Of a DNA stretch of 32,000 bases, positions 1 to 8,562 are shown one piece after another. A program made the position numbers and the translations under genes. Numbering within the stretch: the first letter of the stretch is position 1; the number at the start of each line of letters is the position of its first letter. The notes beneath the pieces were generated by a model. That model was given only the letters and a program-made list of their open reading frames with translations, ran no database searches and was not told where the DNA came from. The stretch is from a metagenome: sequence record Ga0255770_10000666, one strand, 5' to 3'.

Positions 1-295
1 GGCATCGATGCGGTACCGCACCGTCGCGAGATTAAAACAAGTATTTGTAACACCAGAGACGGATGTATGTGTGATGCACGCATACGCAGCGTGGATGACG
101 AAACATTGGACCGACACAAAAATTTATATCGCCGATTCAGAGAGTCCCTATACGAAGGACGAGTCATGAACCGTCTAGAAATTACTAAACCCGCCGTTAT
201 TATATACCAGGGGGATGCCGCCGTTAATATAGAATGGCTCTGCCTAAACCCTAAAAAGTTTATCACGACTAGATGGAAAATACGTTGATAGGCTT

Positions 296-301
296 AAAAA
301 A
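296..301 (-). terminator. Pol III terminator (T6 run) downstream of tRNA-Pro
   Basis: The minus strand reads TATATTAACTTTTTTAAGCC just after the tRNA 3' end. The T6 run starts about 10 nt past the discriminator base. Confidence 0.6.
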
Positions 302-311
302 GTTAATATAT

Positions 312-425
312 GGGGGATGCCGCGAATCGAACGCGGGGCCTCTCCCATGTTCATTCTAGCGCTCTTCAGCGCTGGGTCGTTCGACGAGACCCGAAGGGAG
401 AATCATACCACTAGACCACATCCCC
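312..425 (-). tRNA. tRNA-Pro (anticodon CGG), intron-containing: 72-nt mature sequence plus a 42-nt intron
   Basis: The reverse complement reads GGGGATG-TG-GTCTAGTGGTATGAT-TCTCCC-TTCGGG^[intron]^T-GGGAG-AGGCC-CCGCG-TTCGATT-CGCGG-CATCCCC-C. It has a 7-bp acceptor stem (GGGGATG/CATCCCC), an A-box-like TGGTCTAGTGG, an anticodon stem CTCCC/GGGAG and anticodon CGG at positions 34-36. The T arm is CCGCG/TTCGATT/CGCGG and the discriminator is C. The D and anticodon arm layout closely resembles eukaryotic cytosolic tRNA-Pro as I remember it. No CCA is encoded. Confidence 0.9.
348..389 (-). other. tRNA intron at the canonical 37/38 position (42 nt)
   Basis: The sequence TCTCGTCGAACGACCCAGCGCTGAAGAGCGCTAGAATGAACA interrupts the anticodon loop between G37 and T38. 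Removing it restores a 7-nt loop TTCGGGT closed by CTCCC/GGGAG. The intron contains a perfect hairpin AGCGCT-GAAG-AGCGCT. Confidence 0.8.
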
Positions 426-631
426 GTAGATTGATGGGTTTAAGCAGTGCTTAAACACGCATCTGACGTGTGGGTAGAATCGTAAAATATTTCGACCCAC
501 GAGCTAGGTGAGTGATGCGTAAAGATTCACGGGTGTATTTTGAGTGCCCGTTGGGGACTGTAAATGTATTTTACCACATTGGTGTATGAAATGACGATTT
601 ATGAACGATGCATGAAATAAAGAGGCTGTTT

Positions 632-636
632 TTACA
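632..636 (-). terminator. UGUAA-type candidate poly(A) signal for KRI1
   Basis: The minus strand reads TGTAA about 60 nt downstream of the KRI1 double stop (TGATGA). UGUAA is the green-algal poly(A) signal as established for Chlamydomonas; applying it here is inference. Confidence 0.3.
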
Positions 637-696
637 AGGCTTTGTCTCTCGAGAGGGACTCTCTGTGGTTTAGGGAATTCGGGAAACGCCCCATCA

Positions 697-3012
697 TCAC
701 GCGGCTTCAGCGTGCTCCTCCTTGGCTTTACGCTTGGCGCGCTTTTTAGCGTTCTTTCGCGCGTTTTTACCGACGCCGCCGCCCGGTGTCGTCGTCGTCG
801 TCGTCGTCGTCGTCGAAGACGTCTTCTTCTTACCAAAGGCTGCGTCGGCGTAGGACGCGGCGCGAGTCTCAATCTCGAGCTCGTCGTCGTCGTCGTCGTC
901 ATTTTCATCGACTTTGGATGAGTCACGCAATCTCTTCTTCTTCTTTTTGTCGCCGCCGCGCGCAGACGAAGACAGGAACTCTCTAGCCATGCGTCGCGCT
1001 CTCGCGCGCTGGTTAGCGTCGATGGTCGCGTCGTTCGCGTCGTCTCTATACGGTGCGAGCTTCTTCAGACCGACGATTTGATTGAGAGACTTGTCATCCA
1101 TGGTCAAAATATCGCGCGTCGTGAGACCGAACATCTTCGGAGCAACCTCTTTGTACGCGAACCGCGTGGGGGTATCGCCGATGAAATCTTCGGCGTCCAA
1201 CTTGTAATACTCATCCATCTTTGCCATGAGCTCCTTGCGCCACTTTTTCGCCGCTCTCTTGCTATATTTGTTTTCCTCGAGAGGAAATTCTTCTTGCTCT
1301 GCGGCTTCTTCTTCTTCTTCTTCTTCTTCTTCGTCGTCGTCGCTCAAGTCCTCTTCTTTGTCCTCCGCGTCAGGAAAGTCGTCGCCCTCAAAGTCGTCGT
1401 CCTCCTCGCCGCCAACATCCCCTCCCTTGAGCAGCGTCGCCAATTCATCCTCCAAATCACCAAATTCAGGTTTTTGTAGTGATCCTCCATCGCCCTCCTC
1501 GTCTCCGTAGTAGTCGTCACCGTACATCTTTGCCATGACGGCGTCGTGCGCTTCTGGATCAAACTCTGTCGTCAAATCGGTGGCGCCGTGGACGACATCG
1601 TCTCGCACGCCGCCGACCGCAGAGATTTGACGCATCTTACTCTCAATCTCTTCGCGCTTGAGATTCTTCAATCGACGAACTTCCGCGAGGAGTTTAGCGC
1701 GCTCCGACTCTTTGCGCTCCTTGACCTTTTTCCGCTTATCGCGGCGCTTGGTATCCTCTCGGCGAACCAATCCCTCGATGTGTCTCGAGTGCGACTGTAA
1801 GCGGTCCGACCCGGGCTCTTCAAATCTAAAGTTGTACTTGTGCTCGAATTCCTCGGCGCGTTCTAAGAGTGAGGATGAAGAAGAGGAGGATGAAGAAGAA
1901 GAGGAGGACGACGAAGAGCTCCCGTCGCCGTCGCTGTCGCCGTCGTCGTCCATTTCTCTGCTTCTGTTTCTCTCCCTCTTTTTCTTCGCCGTACCCTCGT
2001 CCGTCTTCATCCACTGTTTTTCCAAGAGATATTCGCGCAAAAACTTATCCTCAGCGCTCAGTTCCCCTCGTTCGCCTCGCGCGTCGAAATACTTGGACAA
2101 CTTTTCATTCGCCGCCTTTTGATCGTCCTCACGAAAAGCCTCCATCTTTTCGGCGCGTCTCTTCACCACCAACCCACCATCTTCCTCGACTTCGTCGCCC
2201 GAGCCTCCATTTTCGCCATCACTATCGTTACCAAACGCCGCCGCCGCGCTCTTGAACGCCTCCTTGAGCGCGGCTTGCTCCTCTACGTACGACGGACCGT
2301 CGCCCATCTTCATCGATCGCGCTTCGGCTTCGGCTTCGGCGTCCTCCAACGCCGTGGCGCCTCCTTCCAACAACTGCGTCGCCGTCACCTCGCGAAGCGT
2401 CGCCTTTTTACGTTTCGGTTGTTCTGACTTTTTACCCGCATCATCATCATCCGCGTCGTCTTCGTCCTGAAAGAGTTTCGTTTCGGCGTCGTAAATCGAC
2501 GGGTCTCGCTCGCGAATCTTCGTCAAAGCCTCTGCAAACGCCCCATCGAACGCGCGTTCCAAAACCTCCTCCTCATCGCTCTCCGTCGCGCTCGAATCAT
2601 CATCCTCATCATCTTCACCCTCACCGCCATCACCGCCTTCCGCGCCGGATGCCCCGAGCGCCGAAACCGCGTACTCGCGCTCGAGCTTCGCTTGCAGTCT
2701 GTGCATCTCCTTCCTCCGCTCGTTGTGTTCAAACCTCGCCGCGAACGCCTCGTTGATTCGAAGTTTATCCTTGCTGTTGTTTTTACCGCTCTTCGTCTTA
2801 GATTTCTTGTTTCGTTCCGACGACGACGACGACGACGACGACGAATCATCATCGCTCGAGCCGCCGCCGCCTCTGCTGGACGCACCGCGAACATCATCAT
2901 CGTCGTCTTCTTCGCTCGACGACGACGACGACGACGACGTCCAGGACGACGAATCCGATCCATCCTCGTCGTCAAACATCGCCGTCTTCTTCTTCCCACC
3001 GCCTCGCGTCAT
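697..3012 (-). CDS. KRI1: KRI1-like nucleolar 40S ribosome-biogenesis protein, very acidic and Ser-rich
   Basis: Conserved KRI1 motifs are present: LRINEAFAARFEHNERRKEMHRLQ, LREYLLEKQWM, EEFEHKYNFRFEEPG, and a C-terminal Kri1_C-like FAYKEVAPKMFGLTTRDILTMDDKSLNQIVGLKKLAPYRDD. The track ORF 697..3126 opens on GTG. The first in-frame ATG is at 3012 (MTRGGGKKK), so I use that as the start. Confidence 0.85.
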   Translation of the reverse strand: MTRGGGKKKTAMFDDEDGSDSSSWTSSSSSSSSEEDDDDDVRGASSRGGGGSSDDDSSSSSSSSSERNKKSKTKSGKNNSKDKLRINEAFAARFEHNERRKEMHRLQAKLEREYAVSALGASGAEGGDGGEGEDDEDDDSSATESDEEEVLERAFDGAFAEALTKIRERDPSIYDAETKLFQDEDDADDDDAGKKSEQPKRKKATLREVTATQLLEGGATALEDAEAEAEARSMKMGDGPSYVEEQAALKEAFKSAAAAFGNDSDGENGGSGDEVEEDGGLVVKRRAEKMEAFREDDQKAANEKLSKYFDARGERGELSAEDKFLREYLLEKQWMKTDEGTAKKKRERNRSREMDDDGDSDGDGSSSSSSSSSSSSSSSSSLLERAEEFEHKYNFRFEEPGSDRLQSHSRHIEGLVRREDTKRRDKRKKVKERKESERAKLLAEVRRLKNLKREEIESKMRQISAVGGVRDDVVHGATDLTTEFDPEAHDAVMAKMYGDDYYGDEEGDGGSLQKPEFGDLEDELATLLKGGDVGGEEDDDFEGDDFPDAEDKEEDLSDDDEEEEEEEEEAAEQEEFPLEENKYSKRAAKKWRKELMAKMDEYYKLDAEDFIGDTPTRFAYKEVAPKMFGLTTRDILTMDDKSLNQIVGLKKLAPYRDDANDATIDANQRARARRMAREFLSSSARGGDKKKKKRLRDSSKVDENDDDDDDELEIETRAASYADAAFGKKKTSSTTTTTTTTTPGGGVGKNARKNAKKRAKRKAKEEHAEAA

Positions 3013-3475
3013 CGATCCGTTCGGTCGACGTCGCGCTCTCGCGCTCTTCCCCAACCGCCGGGGCCCGGCTCGCCCCGGCCCGGCTCGGCTCGATCGATGA
3101 CGAAGAAACCGATCGGTACTTTTCACCGTTCACCATCGACGGTCGCACCCTGAAAACCGCGCGATGGTCCATCGATCGATCGATCGCGGGTGCCGACCAC
3201 ATTACTATGTGTAAACAGTGTGCATGTTATCCAAATTCGTCTGCCTGGCGCCTTGACGGGTCGAACGTTGCGTCTTCGACGACGACGGCGACAGAGACGC
3301 GCGTCGACGGACGAACGAACGAACGGAAGAAGGGAGGAACGGTGACTCTCGCGCGAGAACTCGACGCGCGCGCGGGCGGACGGACGGACGAAGCGGCGTG
3401 TCGTTCGTGTGTTCTTCGCGCGTGTTTCTTCCAGAGGAACGTTTTATTGATTTCGACTCGGTTGATCGTCGCGAC

Positions 3476-5059
3476 ATGGGGAGCTTCCGATCGGCGTTTA
3501 GCATGAAGAAGAAGAGGAAGAACGGCGGTGGCGACGATGCCGCTGCTGCCGCTCATGGAACCACCGCGTTGGCCACTTCACCAACCACGTCCGGACCGTT
3601 CGACGTCGTCGTCGTCGGCGCGGGCGTCGCCGGGGCGAGCCTGGCGTACGCGCTCGGTAAAGAAGGACGACGGGTTTTGTGCATTGAACGGGATTTGTCG
3701 CAACCGGACCGGATTGTTGGCGAGTTGTTGCAACCTGGGGGATACCTGAAGCTGAAGGATCTCGGGTTGGAGTCGTGCGTGGAGGGCATCGACGCGCAGA
3801 AGGTGTACGGGTACACAATGTTTAAAGACGGCGAAGTGGCGACGATGACGTACCCGCTCGAAGGGCGTTCGGATGACGTGGCGGGGCGAAGTTTTCACAA
3901 CGGTAGGTTTGTGCAAAAGCTTCGCGAGGCGGCGATGGCCGTCGACAAGGTTGAGGTGCGCCAAGGGACGGTGAAGAAGCTGCTCAACGCTGAGGGTAAC
4001 GAGTGGAAGGAGGGCGAAGTCGTCGCGGGGGTGTCGTACACCACGGGGGATAAGTGGGACGAGAAGAGACAAAAAGTGATCGAGGGATCGAGTGAAACCA
4101 AGACGGTGTTCGCGCCGCTCACGGTGGTGTGCGATGGGCACTTTAGTAGTTTGAGATCAAAGTTGAGCCAAGCGGCTCCGGATCACCCGAGTCACTTCGT
4201 TGGCTTGATTCTCAAGGGAAAACCGAGCGATTTGTTGCCAAACGGAAACCACGGGCACGTGGTTTTGGGAAATCCGTCTCCAATTCTCTTTTACCCCATC
4301 TCGAGCGAAGAGGTGCGCTGTTTGGTGGACATTCCGTCCTCGGTCAAGATGCCGAGTGTCGCCAAGGGTGAAATGGCCAAGTACGTGCTCGAGAAGATTG
4401 TGCCGCAAATTCCGGAACAACTCAGGCCGCATCTCATCAAGGCGGTCAACGATGGACAATTTAGATCGATGCCTAACAAGACGATGGCGGCCAAGCCGTC
4501 GAGAACCCCCGGGGCGGTGCTCTTGGGTGACGCCTTTAACATGCGTCACCCGCTCACCGGCGGCGGTATGACGGTGGCGCTCAACGACATTCACACCTTC
4601 AAGTCGATGCTCGACCCGCTTCCGGACTTTTCAGACGGCGAAAGGACGGGCGCCAAGCTGGATGAGTTTTACCGTCACCGTACGCAACCGGCGCTGACGA
4701 TTAACACACTCGCCAATGCGCTGTACGCCGTGTTTTGCTCGAGCGGCGACACGAGCATGGAGGAGATGCGCCAAGCGTGCTTCGAGTACCTCAAGCTCGG
4801 TGGATCCTACGCTCGAGGCCCGATCGCGTTGCTTTCCGGCCTCGATTCCAACCCGCTCAATTTAGTGAACCACTTTTTCAGCGTCGCGCTCTTTGGCATC
4901 GGGAGGCTGTTGGTGCCGCTCCCGACGCCCGAGCGCATCTTCAAGGGTGGTAACATTCTCACCGGCGCGTGCAAAATAATCTTCCCAATCGTCAAAGGTG
5001 AAGGTTTCGCGCGCATGTTCTTCCCGGCGTGGCTCAAGCGACGTCTCGGGGTCATTTAG
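3476..5059 (+). CDS. SQE: Squalene monooxygenase (squalene epoxidase), FAD-dependent
   Basis: The FAD-binding fingerprint FDVVVVGAGVAGASLAYALGKEGRRVLCIERD is followed by DRIVGELLQPGGYLKLKDLGL, VVCDGHFSSLR and LLGDAFNMRHPLTGGGMTVAL, all typical of ERG1/SQLE. The track ORF opens on GTG at 3398. The first ATG is at 3476, with an alternative at 3503. Confidence 0.9.
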   Translation: MGSFRSAFSMKKKRKNGGGDDAAAAAHGTTALATSPTTSGPFDVVVVGAGVAGASLAYALGKEGRRVLCIERDLSQPDRIVGELLQPGGYLKLKDLGLESCVEGIDAQKVYGYTMFKDGEVATMTYPLEGRSDDVAGRSFHNGRFVQKLREAAMAVDKVEVRQGTVKKLLNAEGNEWKEGEVVAGVSYTTGDKWDEKRQKVIEGSSETKTVFAPLTVVCDGHFSSLRSKLSQAAPDHPSHFVGLILKGKPSDLLPNGNHGHVVLGNPSPILFYPISSEEVRCLVDIPSSVKMPSVAKGEMAKYVLEKIVPQIPEQLRPHLIKAVNDGQFRSMPNKTMAAKPSRTPGAVLLGDAFNMRHPLTGGGMTVALNDIHTFKSMLDPLPDFSDGERTGAKLDEFYRHRTQPALTINTLANALYAVFCSSGDTSMEEMRQACFEYLKLGGSYARGPIALLSGLDSNPLNLVNHFFSVALFGIGRLLVPLPTPERIFKGGNILTGACKIIFPIVKGEGFARMFFPAWLKRRLGVI

Positions 5060-5166
5060 TTTGTTTGCGACGATTTATTTTACGGTACCACCACCACCTT
5101 CCACCATTAATACTACAAATCTATGTTTAGCCATTTATGCATTCATTCATTCGCTTGCTTACTCAC

Positions 5167-5811
5167 TCATTCGTCGTACGGATACTCCTCAGGCACGAGC
5201 TCGACAAGTTTGACCCTGATGGCAAACTTATTCCCCATCCCGCGTAACGGATCGCCCTCAAAGCTACACGTCGTTCGCATGCGCACCGTCTCGAGCGCGC
5301 CTCGAATCGCCCCGCACAGCATGTTACAGTATGCCAACTCCCGGTACCGCGTTGGAAGCTCCACAAAATCCGCCAACGGATTATTATCCATCTCAATCAC
5401 GCACTCGTCCCGTTCCTCGCTCCAATCTCTCGTTCTCGCCGTCGCGTTTAGAAACATCTTCAAACCAACCTTTGCCGTCATCTCCATCGCCGCCTCGAAC
5501 GACGCACACGCCCCGCTCGACGCGTTCGTTCGCGCCAGATACTCCTCGATGATTCTCGTTCCAATATTTCGCCCGAGTTGGTCCAGTTTCCCGTTCACCG
5601 CCTCGACGTCGTCCTCGTGATCCCGCAGGATTTGTCTCACAAAGGCTCCGTGCGTCAACGCAAACAGTTCCGAGGATACTTTTTCCATCGAGTTCCACGT
5701 CGCCGTCGCCAACACTTCCGCTTTCGTCGTCTTCGAGGAGGTGGTATTCGTCGTCGTCGTCGTCGTCGAGGTATTCATCGCCGTGGTATTCGTCGTCATC
5801 GCGTTGGACAT
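5167..5811 (-). CDS. BET3: TRAPP complex subunit 3 (BET3)
   Basis: SSELFALTHGAFVRQIL, GRNIGTRIIEEYLAR, NNPLADFVELP and YCNMLCGAIRGALE are collinear with BET3/TRAPPC3. The ATG at 5811 gives a Thr/Asn-rich 40-aa N-terminal extension. The internal ATG at 5685 (MEKVSSELF) is an alternative start. Confidence 0.85.
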   Translation of the reverse strand: MSNAMTTNTTAMNTSTTTTTTNTTSSKTTKAEVLATATWNSMEKVSSELFALTHGAFVRQILRDHEDDVEAVNGKLDQLGRNIGTRIIEEYLARTNASSGACASFEAAMEMTAKVGLKMFLNATARTRDWSEERDECVIEMDNNPLADFVELPTRYRELAYCNMLCGAIRGALETVRMRTTCSFEGDPLRGMGNKFAIRVKLVELVPEEYPYDE

Positions 5812-6133
5812 CTTATTCGCGCGCCGCGGACTCTGCCGCGTCGAACTTTCGAAATCACAGCCGATTCAAAAGCAGTCAAAACCCTAACACTAAAAGTAAA
5901 CATATACAAACCACTAGATACGGTAGATAAGTAAGTTACTCGAAACATATAAGCCCAAACCACCAGAGGTCACGTATAGAACATACTTTTAAATCTATCA
6001 CATATAAATAGGGTTTAGAAATCCCACAAAAGATAAAAGGGGTAAATAATCAATCGCAAACCGCGTTTACTTTTTCGCGACGTCGACGACGACGCGCACC
6101 GCAATCGCGCGCGCGTAGGACGGGCTGACGGAC

Positions 6134-8419
6134 ATGTCTCTGACGACGCAGAACCGCCCCGTCGTCGGGTCCGCCGGACGACGGCGAGAGACCCCGCTGT
6201 GTGGACGGCGGACGACGCGGACGACGCAGAGATGTCGACGTGTCCACGAGGCGACTGGTGCGCACAACGGAAATGCCGTCGAAATGGTTGCGCGGACGAC
6301 GTCGACGCGCGGAGGGGAGGGGTTATCGTTGAGCGGTCGACGAGTCAACGCGTGCGTTGTCGTCGCGCGCGATCGTTCGGGGCGAACGCTGCGGGTGCGG
6401 ACGGCGGCGATTTCGTCATCGACGAGCGGTGAGGATTCTTCCTCTTCTTCAGACGAGTCGCTTCGCGGCTCGACGGAAGGAACGTTTGGGAACCCGGATT
6501 CGAGCGGGTTTTCTGACGTCACTTCGGCTGGGGCGAAACCGTTATTTACGGATCAAGACGCAAAGGAGGATGCGGCGGCACGGTTGGCGAAATTGGAGTC
6601 GTTGACGGTTTTGAGGGAGCTGTACAGCACGGTGGTGGACTGCGAGGCGAACCTCGCTGATGATTACTTTATTCGTCACGCCGATGATGAGTCAGGGGAG
6701 GAGTCTTCAAAGCTGCTCGATGGGAAGAAACTCAGTGAGTTTGCGGTGCCGAGTCCAGAGTTGGAAGAGGCTATCAGCGCGCTGGAGGAGATGTTAGAAT
6801 CGATGAAGGAGCTCGAAGCGGAGAAGGACAAGTTGCGTTCGGCGGCGACGATGATGGATGGCAAGTGGGAGATTCTCTTTGAAGACGCCGATGCGGTGAG
6901 AGATCTTTTGACGCAAAAGTTTTCCGATTGCGCCGATCGTGTGGAGGATCGTTGCAGAGAGATGAGCAACTACCTGCCGTACGAGTCGTGCGAACGTGCG
7001 GAGCGGGCACTCCAAGAGGCGCAGAGCGCCCTCGAGGCTGCGCAGGAAGACGCCGGAGAGTCCCAGGTTGGGGCTCGACTTCGTCCGCTCGGTCGTAAGG
7101 TTGGTAGAATCACTTCGAGAGGCGTTCGAAGCGCGGGTGTTTTAGGAGAGGGTCTCACGCAACTCAGAGCAAAACCTCGCGAGTCCATCGCAAACGTGGC
7201 TGAGTACTCGCAAGGGGTGTGGGCGCGTATCAACGGTCTCAGCGTGGGCGAGACTGGGGTGGTAGAAGTGTTAAAGTCATTCCCTGTGCCGCGCGTGAGC
7301 AAAGACAAGCGCGACGCGCGCATCTTGCGCTTGCTTATCGAGGTGCAGGATAGAGACAAGGCGTTGACCGAGGCGCAAAAGACGAGAGACGGCATCATGG
7401 CCCAGGGAAGGAGCTCGCTTCTCTCTCGCGTCGCCCTGGGGGACAAGATTCGTGAGTGCGACGAAAAAGTTTCGACGCTTAGACGGGTTTTCGCCGTTCG
7501 AACGCTTCAAATGGAGATGGAGCGCATCATCTTGGCGCTCGAGGAAGAGTTGGCCACGCCTCCGGATCGCTTGTCCAAGGCGGAACTTAACGACATGCAG
7601 CTCATGGTGGCGGAGTTTGGAGTGATGGATCTCTCCTTGCGTCGATTGATTTCTCTCGTCGATCGTCAAGAATCTCAGCTCATCGACGACGAGGATTTGT
7701 CCAAGTTGGCAATGGAAATTCCAGACATGAAGCTCCGCTTAGCCATCAGAGACGACAACAACGCCGCCATGTCCATGGATCTCATGCGTGAGCGTTTCGT
7801 TTTAACCATGCAAGAGTCTGGCGCTACCATAAGAGAGGGTGGTACCTTTTTGTTCCGAGGCGTCAAGCTCCTCGGATCAGACATTGGCACGTCGTTGCGC
7901 CTCTTCATGCGCGCCGCGTTCGGCACCACTCTGCGACCTCGCGAAGTGCAAGTTGTCCGCCGCACCTTTCTCGATGTTTTCACCTTTGTCCCTTTTATGA
8001 TCATTCTGATCACTCCCATCACTCCCGTTGGTCATGTTTTGGTCTTTGGTTTCATTCAGCGTTACTTTCCGCAGCTTTTCCCGTCTCAATTTACCTCGAG
8101 ACGACAAGAGCTCATGCAAAAGTACGAAGAGCTCAAGGAACAGCTCGCTGTGGCGGAAGAAGCCGCTGACGCCGCCAACGAGAGCGAAGCCCTGCGTCGG
8201 GCCGTCGCAGCGGTGAGTTCAGTCAAGAGCATGATTAGTGGCGCCGTGAGCGACGTCACTGAGCGACTGGAGTCTGCGAGCGAGCAAGTCGCCGCCGTTG
8301 ACGGCGCCAAAGAACAGCAGCGTCTGGAAGCGCTTCGCACGGAGATTGATCAAACAAGCGCTCGACTAGCCGGTTCGGACGACGATGACGACGAGGAGAA
8401 GGATGATAAGAACGATTAG
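6134..8419 (+). CDS. LETM1-like domain protein with a long coiled-coil region and a transit-peptide-like N-terminus
   Basis: The C-terminal third matches the LETM1 ribosome-binding/TM region: GVKLLGSDIGTSLRLFMRAAFGTTLRPREVQVVRRTFLDVFTFVPFMIILITPITPVGHVLVFGFIQRYFPQLFPSQF. The N-terminus is Arg/Ser/Thr-rich. The ATG at 6134 was verified in the sequence. Confidence 0.75.
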   Translation: MSLTTQNRPVVGSAGRRRETPLCGRRTTRTTQRCRRVHEATGAHNGNAVEMVARTTSTRGGEGLSLSGRRVNACVVVARDRSGRTLRVRTAAISSSTSGEDSSSSSDESLRGSTEGTFGNPDSSGFSDVTSAGAKPLFTDQDAKEDAAARLAKLESLTVLRELYSTVVDCEANLADDYFIRHADDESGEESSKLLDGKKLSEFAVPSPELEEAISALEEMLESMKELEAEKDKLRSAATMMDGKWEILFEDADAVRDLLTQKFSDCADRVEDRCREMSNYLPYESCERAERALQEAQSALEAAQEDAGESQVGARLRPLGRKVGRITSRGVRSAGVLGEGLTQLRAKPRESIANVAEYSQGVWARINGLSVGETGVVEVLKSFPVPRVSKDKRDARILRLLIEVQDRDKALTEAQKTRDGIMAQGRSSLLSRVALGDKIRECDEKVSTLRRVFAVRTLQMEMERIILALEEELATPPDRLSKAELNDMQLMVAEFGVMDLSLRRLISLVDRQESQLIDDEDLSKLAMEIPDMKLRLAIRDDNNAAMSMDLMRERFVLTMQESGATIREGGTFLFRGVKLLGSDIGTSLRLFMRAAFGTTLRPREVQVVRRTFLDVFTFVPFMIILITPITPVGHVLVFGFIQRYFPQLFPSQFTSRRQELMQKYEELKEQLAVAEEAADAANESEALRRAVAAVSSVKSMISGAVSDVTERLESASEQVAAVDGAKEQQRLEALRTEIDQTSARLAGSDDDDDEEKDDKND

Positions 8420-8562
8420 AGCCCGGCGGTATAGAAAGTAGCCCAAACGCGCGAAAGATAGACGAACGTGCTTTTTTAAACAGAAAACGCGAGCAGCGTG
8501 CAGTGAAAATCATAACTACTCGACAACCTGCGGACATCCTCCTCACTCGACGTTGCGCGCGA

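Noticed and set aside
67-288. ATG-initiated 73-aa ORF at the left edge of the window.
   Set aside because: It lies in AT-rich spacer and uses mostly A/T-ending codons, unlike every supported gene here. It has no recognisable motif and abuts the tRNA terminator region.
712-3153. About a dozen 60-170-aa ORFs in other frames or on the opposite strand within KRI1, for example 1658..2122 (+), 2523..2999 (-) and 2692..3153 (+).
   Set aside because: They are homopolymeric Arg/Ser/Phe/Asp translations of the same trinucleotide repeats that encode KRI1. Several open on non-ATG codons and none has a recognisable motif.
6067-6522. 151-aa minus-strand ORF overlapping the N-terminus of the LETM1-like gene.
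   Set aside because: It is the antisense frame of a GC-rich coding region with Arg/Pro/Ser/Val-rich composition. It would collide with the BET3/LETM1-like bidirectional promoter layout.
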